A stretch of DNA of 64,000 nucleotides from Alphaproteobacteria bacterium (GTDB taxonomy: Bacteria; Pseudomonadota; Alphaproteobacteria; GCA-2731375), in the NCBI GenBank assembly GCA_965225945.1, contig CBDDBZ010000036.1:224001-288000 (forward strand). Reading direction: 5' to 3'. Each line of letters starts with the position of its first letter. The stretch's first letter is position 1. A program made the translations under genes and the position numbers. Of this stretch, positions 55,898 through 64,000 are shown piece after piece. The notes beneath the pieces are model-generated. The model was not told the origin of the DNA. It worked only from the letters and a program-made list of their open reading frames with translations, and did no database searches.

Positions 55898-56632
55898 ATG
55901 CTTACAGTCAGTGGATTGCATGCGGGATACGGTAAAATTCAGATTCTCTCAGGAGTGAATCTGAAAGCAGATCCGGGCAAAATCACCGCTGTCCTCGGCG
56001 GGAACGGCACCGGAAAATCAACCCTCCTCAAAGCCATTTCGGGGCTAATCACTCCCTGGCGGGGAACCATTGAATTCAACGGTGAGCGGATCGACGGCAT
56101 GCGCCCGGACAAGATCGTCCGGCTTGGTCTGTCACAGGTGACCCAGGGCAAGGAAGTCTATCCCGCCATGTCGGTGGAGGAGAATATTCGGGTCGGGGCC
56201 TACGTCCGGAGTAACAGGCGGGAGATCGCGGACGATTTCGAACGTGTCTATAGCTACTTCCCGATACTCAAGGCCCACCGTAAGGTGCATGCCGGCACGT
56301 TGAGCGGCGGTCAACTCCAGATGCTGTGCATTGGGCGTGGGCTGATGGCCCGCCCAAAGATGATCATGCTGGATGAGCCCAGTTCCGCCCTTGCGCCCCA
56401 GGTGGTGCTGGAAATTTTCCACAGCGTCGATCAAATCCGGCGCGACGGCACAACGGTGTTGCTGGTGGAGCAGAACGTGCGCATGGCCCTGCTCCTCGCC
56501 CATTTTGGCTACGTGATCAAGGACGGAGTGGTCCATATGCAAGGCGAAGCCGACGCTCTCATAAAGGACGACAATGTGCGCCTGTCCTACCTCGGGGGTA
56601 CTTTGGCGAAGGCGGAGGGATCAACGCTGTAG
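55898..56632 (+). CDS. livF: Branched-chain amino acid type ABC ATPase (LivF-like)
   Basis: GGNGTGKS, LSGGQ, LDEP, LVEQN. Confidence 0.88.
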   Translation: MLTVSGLHAGYGKIQILSGVNLKADPGKITAVLGGNGTGKSTLLKAISGLITPWRGTIEFNGERIDGMRPDKIVRLGLSQVTQGKEVYPAMSVEENIRVGAYVRSNRREIADDFERVYSYFPILKAHRKVHAGTLSGGQLQMLCIGRGLMARPKMIMLDEPSSALAPQVVLEIFHSVDQIRRDGTTVLLVEQNVRMALLLAHFGYVIKDGVVHMQGEADALIKDDNVRLSYLGGTLAKAEGSTL

Positions 56633-56665
56633 AGGGTCGCCCGATCCAGTAGGGGGGATAACGCG

Positions 56666-57550
56666 ATGTTTATCGATTTCATACTCATTGGCCTATCCAT
56701 CGGCATGGTATACGCGCTGGTGGCGTTAGGCATCTCGCTGGTCTATTCCGGCCTCGACATCGTGCATTTCGCACATGGTGAAATGTATATGTTAGGTGCC
56801 TTCGTCGGGCTGTTCGCTTACAGCGAGCTGAATTTGGCCTACCCATTCGCTTTTATCTTTGCCCTCGTAGGCGTGGGTCTGTTTGGCATGGTGATCGAGC
56901 GTGTGTTCTACCGGCGCCTCACGGCTGGCGGCGGTGGCTATACGGTGGCTGGCATGGGCATCATCATCTGCGGATTCGGAATGGCGATATTCCTCCAGAA
57001 TCTGGCTTACGTCATCTGGGATCCCACACCTAAGCCATTCCCGGTCGATTTCGGCAAGCCCATCGTGCTCGGCGAAATCTACTATCCACGGGTTTACATG
57101 TGGATCGTGATCATCGCCGTATCGCTGATGGTGCTACTGCACGTGTTCATGAAGTACACCAAGCTCGGGCTCGCGGTGCGGGCGGTGGCCAGGAACAAGG
57201 AGATTGCCTATCTTTCGGGGATCAACGTACCCCTTGCGCTCAGCCTCACCTTCGGCGTCGGCTGCGCGCTGGCCGCCGCCGGCGGCGTGCTGATCGGTCC
57301 GATCAACTACGTCGAGATCTACATGGGCTACCTGATCCTGATCAAAGGGTTTGCAGCCGCGGTCGTGGGTGGCTTCGGCAACCTCCCCGGCGCGGTGCTC
57401 GGCGGGCTCATCGTGGGGGTGGCGGAGAGCCTGGGTGCCGGATATCTCTCGGGCGACTATAAGGATATCTACGCCTTCCTGATTCTGATTTTGGTGCTGA
57501 TGATTAAGCCGAGCGGGTTGTTCGGGGTAGAAACCAAGGTTAAGGCGTAG
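56666..57550 (+). CDS. livH: ABC permease (LivH-like)
   Basis: YALVALG, FAHGE, GGFGNLPGA, KPSGLFG. Confidence 0.88.
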   Translation: MFIDFILIGLSIGMVYALVALGISLVYSGLDIVHFAHGEMYMLGAFVGLFAYSELNLAYPFAFIFALVGVGLFGMVIERVFYRRLTAGGGGYTVAGMGIIICGFGMAIFLQNLAYVIWDPTPKPFPVDFGKPIVLGEIYYPRVYMWIVIIAVSLMVLLHVFMKYTKLGLAVRAVARNKEIAYLSGINVPLALSLTFGVGCALAAAGGVLIGPINYVEIYMGYLILIKGFAAAVVGGFGNLPGAVLGGLIVGVAESLGAGYLSGDYKDIYAFLILILVLMIKPSGLFGVETKVKA

Positions 57551-57685
57551 AGAAACTCTGCTTGAAAAGCAGCAACCTATAGCAGCGGATAAATTTGGAG
57601 CAGGGGATAGAAAACCCCAAAGGGGAAGTAAAGAAAGAAACGGAGTAACCTAACTTGAACGGCAAAACCGATAGGAGAGAATGCC

Positions 57686-58891
57686 ATGAAAACGACAGCA
57701 GCAAAAATTGTGGCGGCGGCAGCAATAGTATTTACAGCCATGCTGGTCGAGCCCATCACCGTGGCCGCGGACACCGGGGTTCTAAAGCTTGGCCTCACTT
57801 TTTGGTTTCGCGGCGAGTACGGATACAAGAACTGGAAGACGATCGAGGCCCGTTTCGAGGAGATCAACGCCGCAGGCGGCATCAATGGGCGAAAGGTGGA
57901 AATCACGGCTTACGATAGTGAATGCAAACCAAACGTGGGCGTCGATAACATCACCAAGCTGGCCCACGAAACCAAGGTTCTCCTGATCATGGGCGCGGGT
58001 TGTAGCGCCGTGACGTTGGCCACCATGCCCATTTCCACCAAGGCGAAAGTGCCGCAGATCACGCCAATGTCCACCAACCGCAAGATCACCGAGCAGGGCA
58101 GCGATTGGATCTTTCGGATCTCGGTGTCGGATCGGTTCTACTCGCAGGCGATGGGCGAGTATATCTACCAAAAACTCGGCAAGAGGGTAGCCTATGTCTA
58201 TGCCACCGACGCCGCCGGCTTTGGCTTCACCAAAGGGGTCATGAGTTATCTGAAGGAGACCTACGGTTTGGAGCCGACGGTGGACGAGGTCTTTCAGGAA
58301 AAGTCCGTTGACGTGCGTCCCCAACTGCTCAAGGCCAAGGCGTCCAAGCCCGATGTCCTCTTGATCTCCGGCCTGATGGGCGAGTTGGCCCGTGGTATCA
58401 AGCAGTCCTTCGAGGTGGGCATTCCCAGGTCGATCACCCGCGTGCACACCTCCGCCGCCTCGGTATCCGAGGTCCCTGCTCTCACCGGCGACGATATCGT
58501 GGGCAGCATCTACGTGGCGGCCTTCAGCGCTTCCAATCCGGACCCCAAAATTCAGAAATTCGTAAAATGGGTCAAGGACAAATTCGGGGTCGTTCCGGAC
58601 CACAACTACGCTCAGTCCGACGACATGGTAGAGATCATCAGGGTCGCGCTCACCAAGGCCGACATCAAAAATACGCCGGAATCGTTGGCCGCGGACCGGG
58701 CCGCGATCCGTGACGCCTTGGCCGAGACGAATAATTTCCGTGGTGTGGGTTCTGGGCCGATCTCCTTTTGCCGGGCGCCCACGGCGGATTGCCGCGATGG
58801 CAACCGGACGGCGCTGGTGCTGCAATACACCAAGGGCGGAAAGGACTACGAAATCAAGATGCTCCAATCCATAGCGGTGCCTCGGAAATAA
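57686..58891 (+). CDS. ABC substrate-binding protein (LivJ/K-like)
   Basis: Signal peptide; EINAAGGINGRK, DSECKP, WIFRIS. Confidence 0.85.
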   Translation: MKTTAAKIVAAAAIVFTAMLVEPITVAADTGVLKLGLTFWFRGEYGYKNWKTIEARFEEINAAGGINGRKVEITAYDSECKPNVGVDNITKLAHETKVLLIMGAGCSAVTLATMPISTKAKVPQITPMSTNRKITEQGSDWIFRISVSDRFYSQAMGEYIYQKLGKRVAYVYATDAAGFGFTKGVMSYLKETYGLEPTVDEVFQEKSVDVRPQLLKAKASKPDVLLISGLMGELARGIKQSFEVGIPRSITRVHTSAASVSEVPALTGDDIVGSIYVAAFSASNPDPKIQKFVKWVKDKFGVVPDHNYAQSDDMVEIIRVALTKADIKNTPESLAADRAAIRDALAETNNFRGVGSGPISFCRAPTADCRDGNRTALVLQYTKGGKDYEIKMLQSIAVPRK

Positions 58892-58912
58892 CGGTACTGC
58901 GTCGACGACTAC

Positions 58913-58950
58913 CCCGAAGCCCGAGCCGCCGCGGCGGCTCGGGCTTCGGG
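58913..58950 (+). terminator. Perfect GC-rich stem-loop after the substrate-binding protein gene (partial terminator or mRNA stabiliser)
   Basis: CCCGAAGCCCGAGCCGCC-GC-GGCGGCTCGGGCTTCGGG. Confidence 0.6.
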
Positions 58951-58992
58951 TCTTCGAACGCCAAATCGGCTCTTCCTAAAGGGTAAGCGATT

Positions 58993-60012
58993 GTGAATGG
59001 AATTCTTGCTGGGGTAACGGGGTCGCTGCGGCGATTTCACGGGAGTTTTCCCCCTGGGCCGTGGCTGGTTGCTTTCGTGGTGCTATTGCCGGTGCCCCTT
59101 CTGGCCGCCAACCTCTATCAGGTCCATCTGGTCAATATCATATTTCTAAACATTATCGTGGCGACCGGTCTCAATATCGTGAAAGGGTTTTGCGGCCAGG
59201 TCACGGTCGGCCACTTTGGACTGTACGCGATCGGAGCCTACGCCTCGGCGCTGGTGAGCATCCACCTCGGAGTCTCTTTCTGGGTCGCGCTGCCGTTGGC
59301 GGTCCTGATTACCGGCGTGGCTGGTGCCATCGTTGCGCTGCCTTCGTTCCGCCTCGAGGGGGCTTATCTGGCGCTGGCGACCTTGGGGATGGGAGAATCG
59401 GTACGTATCTACATCTCCGCCACCGAGTTCTTGGGACAGACTTTCGGTATCTCCAACATTCCCTATCCGCAGATTGGGGACTTCTTGTTCGACACTCCCG
59501 CCCGAATTTTCTACATCATCATGCCAATCTCGCTGATTGGAATCTACTTATCAATGAATATCCTGCGCTCGGGTGTGGGGCGGGCCTTCAAGGCGGTGCG
59601 GGACGACCCGATCTCGGCCGCCACATCGGGTGTGGCCGTGCGAAAATACAAACTGATCGCATTCGTCATCAGTGCTTTTTACGCCGGCTGCGCGGGAAGC
59701 CTGTATGCCCATTTGGTTACTTATATCCATCCGGACAACTTCACCATCCTTATCATGATCATGTTTCTTCTCATGGTGGTGCTGGGCGGCCTGGGGCACA
59801 TCTGGGGTGGCGTCATCGGGGCGGTTCTCGTCACGATGATCTATGAATGGACCCGGCCCTTTCCCGAATATCAGATGTTGGTGTTCGGTATGTCGGCGGT
59901 GCTTATCGTCATTTACATGCCGAAGGGAATAGGGGGGCTACTCGACCGGTTCTTCGCTACCAGAAAATTCATCGAAATCACGGCAGGTAAAGCCGATGCT
60001 TCTTCAGACTGA
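58993..60012 (+). CDS. livM: ABC permease (LivM-like)
   Basis: [30 protein letters not shown]. Confidence 0.88.
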   Translation: MNGILAGVTGSLRRFHGSFPPGPWLVAFVVLLPVPLLAANLYQVHLVNIIFLNIIVATGLNIVKGFCGQVTVGHFGLYAIGAYASALVSIHLGVSFWVALPLAVLITGVAGAIVALPSFRLEGAYLALATLGMGESVRIYISATEFLGQTFGISNIPYPQIGDFLFDTPARIFYIIMPISLIGIYLSMNILRSGVGRAFKAVRDDPISAATSGVAVRKYKLIAFVISAFYAGCAGSLYAHLVTYIHPDNFTILIMIMFLLMVVLGGLGHIWGGVIGAVLVTMIYEWTRPFPEYQMLVFGMSAVLIVIYMPKGIGGLLDRFFATRKFIEITAGKADASSD

Positions 60013-60796
60013 GAACCTAACGAAAAGTTTCGGAGGTCTGACCGCGATCTCGAAATTGGATTTTGCGGTCGCCGAGGGTGAAATCCGTGGTTTGATTGGT
60101 CCCAATGGCTCTGGCAAGAGTACGCTGTTCAACCTAATTTCGGGTATCTACCGACCGGACAAGAATGGTGGTCGGATGGAATTCGATGGCGAGGACATTA
60201 CCCAGATGAGCCCCCACAACATCGCTGCGAGAGGGGTGGGTCGAACCTTCCAGCTATTGCGTATCTTTCACGAGATGTCGGTGTTGGAGAACCTGCTGGT
60301 GGGACACCACCCTCATGTGAAGTACAGCATCATGGCCGCCACCTTGGGCCTTGGCCGGGTGTGGGCCGCGGAACGGCGAATGAAGGAACGCATGCTCGAA
60401 ATCCTGGACTTTGTCGGCTTGGCGGACTTCGCGGGCATGCCCGCCACCGAACTTTCATTCGGGCAGCGTCGCATGGTCGCGCTGGCGAGAGCGGTTGCGA
60501 TGGAGCCCAAGCTGTTGATGCTCGACGAGCCCGCCGCGGGTCTCAGCCCAGCCAATGTGGACGAATTGCAAACTATTATCGGGTTGCTGAGAGAAAAACG
60601 AGGGCTGACGATCATCGTTATAGAGCACATCCTCAAAGTGGTCATCGAAACCTGCGACACGGTTACGGTACTCGATCACGGTGAGAAAATTGGCGAAGGT
60701 ACTCCCGATGAGATCAGCAATGACGAGCGGGTGGTCGAGGCCTATCTGGGCAAGGAAATGGACGACGACGAGGTGCGAGCGTCGTTTAGAGCGTAG
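59996..60796 (+). CDS. livG: ABC ATPase (LivG-like)
   Basis: [29 protein letters not shown]. Confidence 0.9.
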   Translation: MLLQTENLTKSFGGLTAISKLDFAVAEGEIRGLIGPNGSGKSTLFNLISGIYRPDKNGGRMEFDGEDITQMSPHNIAARGVGRTFQLLRIFHEMSVLENLLVGHHPHVKYSIMAATLGLGRVWAAERRMKERMLEILDFVGLADFAGMPATELSFGQRRMVALARAVAMEPKLLMLDEPAAGLSPANVDELQTIIGLLREKRGLTIIVIEHILKVVIETCDTVTVLDHGEKIGEGTPDEISNDERVVEAYLGKEMDDDEVRASFRA

Positions 60797-60902
60797 CCCA
60801 TGCCCCGAGGGCCCAACACTCTAGCCCGCGGACAAACCGCCGCATCCGCTCGAGGCCTCTAAGCGACCCGGTATTCGTTGCGATGAAGGATCGCCCCGTA
60901 AT

Positions 60903-61337
60903 TCACTCGGCCGCGTCCTGATTCTGCTTCAGACGCTCGGTCTCGTGGACCGCGGGGGAGTAGATCTCCAGCACTTCCAGGTCGTCGGAGCACTCGATCT
61001 CGTCGTGAATGATCCCGGCTGGCTGCAGCCACGAATCGCCCGCTTTGAAGGTGAACTCACCCTCCTGGCCTTCATAGACAAACTTGATCCAGCCCTTCAA
61101 ACAATAGTTGAACTGGAAATCACAATGGTGCCTATGCAGGCCAGTGGTATGATGCTTATCAAACTCCTCTTTTTTTATCTTGACGACATGAGCGCGAAAC
61201 TGGCCACCCGTCGCCTCTTCTATGCCGAGGTCACGGTACTGGGCGAAGCCACGTAACCCAGTGGTAAACTCCGCCTGGTCGGCGTAGTTGACGCAAAACG
61301 ACTGACTGTTCCAAGATTCTAGCCTGTTCTCACTCAT
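60903..61337 (-). CDS. Cupin-domain protein
   Basis: YRDLGI, HRH..FQ, GDSWLQPAGIIH. Confidence 0.8.
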   Translation of the reverse strand: MSENRLESWNSQSFCVNYADQAEFTTGLRGFAQYRDLGIEEATGGQFRAHVVKIKKEEFDKHHTTGLHRHHCDFQFNYCLKGWIKFVYEGQEGEFTFKAGDSWLQPAGIIHDEIECSDDLEVLEIYSPAVHETERLKQNQDAAE

Positions 61338-61531
61338 AGCTTGGTCTCCCGTGGTTAAGGTCGTCACCCATTATGGCCAACTGGAACGCTGGATGCAAGA
61401 GCCCGGTTACGCCGAGGAGATTACGTGATGGCAGGTCCCGCTTTTCAGGCGGTCCAGATCCCGCACTCGCGCCCCCCGGCAAGACCAGGACTGGACGACC
61501 ACACGCTCGGGTTGCGCCCAGATTGGTCTTC

Positions 61532-62350
61532 TCATCGCCCCGAAGCTGTATGGGGATGTCCTGACATGGCCTCATCCAGTTTGTTGGACAGCCTCGGGCC
61601 ACCGTCTGCCTGGATGGTTGTCCCCGTGAGGATTCGTGCCTCGTCGGATGCCAAGAACAGTGCCACGTAGGCGATATCCTCCGGTTCACCGATAGCATAG
61701 GGGTACTGTTCGCGTAGGATTTTTATCGTCTCTATCTGGTCCGGGTCGCCGAGACGTTGCCTCGTTCGATCGGTGACGATCCCGCCTGGACAGATGGTAT
61801 TCACACGGACATTGTGCTTGGCGTACTCACCCGCCAAGGCTTGAGTCAACGCGATAATAGCGCCCTTGGCGGCTACGTAGACATGGGCTCTGAAGGAGCC
61901 ACTCGCGACGGCCACCATGGAGGACGTGTTCACAACCGCCCCGCCGCCGGCTTTGATGATTTCCGGGATGCCATGGCGGCAGCACAAAAATGTCCCGAGT
62001 AGGTCCAAGGACTGAGTATACGGCCAAACCGACATATCGACGTCGGTCACTGTCGTGTCTTCTACTATCGAACCTCCCGCGGAATTGTAGAGAATATCGA
62101 GCTTACCGTAGCGCTCGACCGTCGCTTGGATGGCATTCTTGACGCTATCCTCCTTGGTCACATCGGTTTGGATAAAGCTCGCATCACCGCCAGCCTCGCG
62201 TGTCAATCGTTCGCTCTCCTGCCCCAGGTCCTGGTTGATCTCGGCGATGACGACCTTTGCACCCTCCCGAGCAAAGATCTGAGTCGCGGTGCGAGCGATG
62301 CCAGAGCCCGCACCAGTAATGAACGCTACCTTATTTTCTAGTCTTGCCAT
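61532..62350 (-). CDS. Short-chain dehydrogenase/reductase
   Basis: TGAGSGIA, YVAAK, RVNTICPG, ALFLASDE. Confidence 0.88.
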   Translation of the reverse strand: MARLENKVAFITGAGSGIARTATQIFAREGAKVVIAEINQDLGQESERLTREAGGDASFIQTDVTKEDSVKNAIQATVERYGKLDILYNSAGGSIVEDTTVTDVDMSVWPYTQSLDLLGTFLCCRHGIPEIIKAGGGAVVNTSSMVAVASGSFRAHVYVAAKGAIIALTQALAGEYAKHNVRVNTICPGGIVTDRTRQRLGDPDQIETIKILREQYPYAIGEPEDIAYVALFLASDEARILTGTTIQADGGPRLSNKLDEAMSGHPHTASGR

Positions 62351-62530
62351 CTTCGTCTCCATCTATTCACACCTAGCGAGTAGCCCTTACGATGTCCCTA
62401 GCCTAGCATGAACGCTCGACGGTGGTGCAAAAAGGCCAAGGCGATCCACGCCATCGCGAAGCGCGGAGACGCTCGCGCTCGGATACGGGCATGGCTGCCC
62501 GATTGGGGGTGGAAGTCCCCTGTGGGGGTT

Positions 62531-62680
62531 GTGGATACCTGCGACACGGTGTCGGTGTTGGACCACGGCGAGAAGATCGGCGAGGCTACGCCCGACGAGG
62601 TCGAGGACGACGCGGCGGTGATCGAGGCCTATCTCGGCCAGGAGATCGACGACGAGGAAGTCCGCCGGGCGATGCACGGC
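62531..62680 (+). pseudogene. 3' remnant of a second LivG-like ATPase
   Basis: [40 protein letters not shown] parallels the livG C-terminus; no 5' part. Confidence 0.8.
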
Positions 62681-62714
62681 CGAGCCTGGCCGCTCGGCGG
62701 TGACGGAGGGACGA

Positions 62715-63875
62715 ATGCAACCGCTTCGCCTGGGCATGGTCGGCGGCGGACCGACATCGGGCATAGGGCCGATGCACCGCCATGGCGCGCGCCTCGACGG
62801 CGCCTTCGAGATCGTCGCCGGCGCCTTTTCGCGCCTGCCCGAGCGCAACCGCGAAACCGGCGTGGCCTTGGGCCTCGATCCGGCGCGCCTGCATGACGAT
62901 TTCCACGCCATGGCGCGGGCCGAGGCCGCGCGCGAGGACGGAATCGACGCGGTCACCATCGTCACCCCCAACGACAGCCATGCTGCCGCCTGCCACGCCT
63001 TCATCGAAGCCGGCATCCACGTCATCTGCGACAAGCCGCTCGCCACCTCCCTCGACGAGGCGCTCGCGATCTGGCGCGCGGGCGAGCGGCGGGGCCTCGT
63101 CGTCGCCTTGGTGCACAACTATGCCGCCTACTCCATGACCAGGCAGGCGCGGGCGCGGGTCCGCGACGGCGAGATCGGCCGCATTCGCGTGGTGCAGATG
63201 GAATACGCCTCCGGCGGGCGCAGTCGGCTGGTGGAGGCGGAGGGCGACTTCCGCACGGCGTGGCGAATGGATCCGGCGATCGCCGGACCGTCCTCGGTGC
63301 TGGGCGACCTCGGCATCCACGCCCACCATCTGGCCCGCTTCGTCACCGGCCTGGAGGTGGAGGCGGTGTCGGCCGACATCACCACCTTCGTCGAGGGCCG
63401 AACGGGGGACGACAACGCGCACGTCAACCTCCGTTTCACCGAGGGCGCGCGCGGCCAGCTTTGGGCCTCCGTCGTCGCCGCCGGCTTCGGAAACGGGCTC
63501 CGTCTTCGGGTGATCGGCGACGAGGGCAGCCTGGATTGGGACCAGGAGGCGCCCGACGTGCTCTGGCTTCGACGCATCGACGGACAGGCGCGCCAATTGC
63601 GGCGGGGGGAGGCGGGGCTCTCGGCCGTCGACCGCTCGCGACTCGGCCATCCCCAAGGCATCGTCGAGGCCTTCGCCAACTTCTACGCCGATGCCGCGAA
63701 GCTGATCCGCGCGGCGAAGGCGGGGGTCCGGCCGGGGACGGGCGAGATCGACATCGCGATGGCCCGCGACGGCGTCCTGGGCCTGAAGTTCATCGAGGCC
63801 TGCGTCGCCTCCAACGCGGCCGACGGCGCCTGGACCGATGCGCGGGTCGACTTCGACGAAGCGGGAGGCGAGTGA
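62715..63875 (+). CDS. Gfo/Idh/MocA-family oxidoreductase
   Basis: GMVGGG, IVTPN, ICDKP, GDLGIH. Confidence 0.9.
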   Translation: MQPLRLGMVGGGPTSGIGPMHRHGARLDGAFEIVAGAFSRLPERNRETGVALGLDPARLHDDFHAMARAEAAREDGIDAVTIVTPNDSHAAACHAFIEAGIHVICDKPLATSLDEALAIWRAGERRGLVVALVHNYAAYSMTRQARARVRDGEIGRIRVVQMEYASGGRSRLVEAEGDFRTAWRMDPAIAGPSSVLGDLGIHAHHLARFVTGLEVEAVSADITTFVEGRTGDDNAHVNLRFTEGARGQLWASVVAAGFGNGLRLRVIGDEGSLDWDQEAPDVLWLRRIDGQARQLRRGEAGLSAVDRSRLGHPQGIVEAFANFYADAAKLIRAAKAGVRPGTGEIDIAMARDGVLGLKFIEACVASNAADGAWTDARVDFDEAGGE

Positions 63876-64000
63876 TGATCGGAATGGCACTTCTCGGCGC
63901 GGGCCTGATTGGTGGTATCCACGCCCGAAACGTCGCCGCCAGCACGGAATGCGAGTTGCGCCATGTCGTCGACCTGGACGAGGGGCGGGCTCGCCGTCTC
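63875..64000 (+). CDS. Gfo/Idh/MocA oxidoreductase (inositol dehydrogenase-like), partial
   Basis: TGATG overlap; MIGMALLGAGLIGGIHARN Rossmann start. Confidence 0.65.
   Translation, partial: MIGMALLGAGLIGGIHARNVAASTECELRHVVDLDEGRARRL

Noticed and set aside
62408-62896. 162-aa ORF as a real gene
   Set aside because: Chimeric frame through island-edge DNA, the livG remnant and the next gene.

Overview
High-GC window, most consistent with an alphaproteobacterium (cysS-cimA synteny, Flp pilin, CtrA-like box). It mixes intact housekeeping and catabolic genes (mmsB, mccAB, cysS, glnS, panE-like) with a heavy mobile-element load: nested IS66/IS21/IS3 at the left edge, two IS1595 copies, two IS4 copies and a tyrosine-recombinase + IS91-like HUH module. 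Many accessory genes are frameshifted, truncated or IS-disrupted. The best candidate for an undescribed system is 39-50.8 kb. There the recombinase/HUH module sits inside a palindromic spacer between two class III nucleotide-cyclase genes, each followed about 15 bp after its stop by the same 68-bp repeat (an integron-like, cassette-style layout). Two of the three cyclases in the cluster are NLR-like SAM-cyclase-ATPase-TPR proteins. Also notable: a SELENBP1-like methanethiol oxidase/ferredoxin operon whose N-terminus was replaced in frame by an IS end, an IS4-hit Flp pilin, two AT-richer islands (a decayed YfhO-like/spermidine-synthase-like pair, and a liv-type ABC operon that appears to have displaced a resident paralog), and several deletion scars. 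All calls are by eye from motifs with no database searches, and some single-base frameshifts could be sequencing errors.
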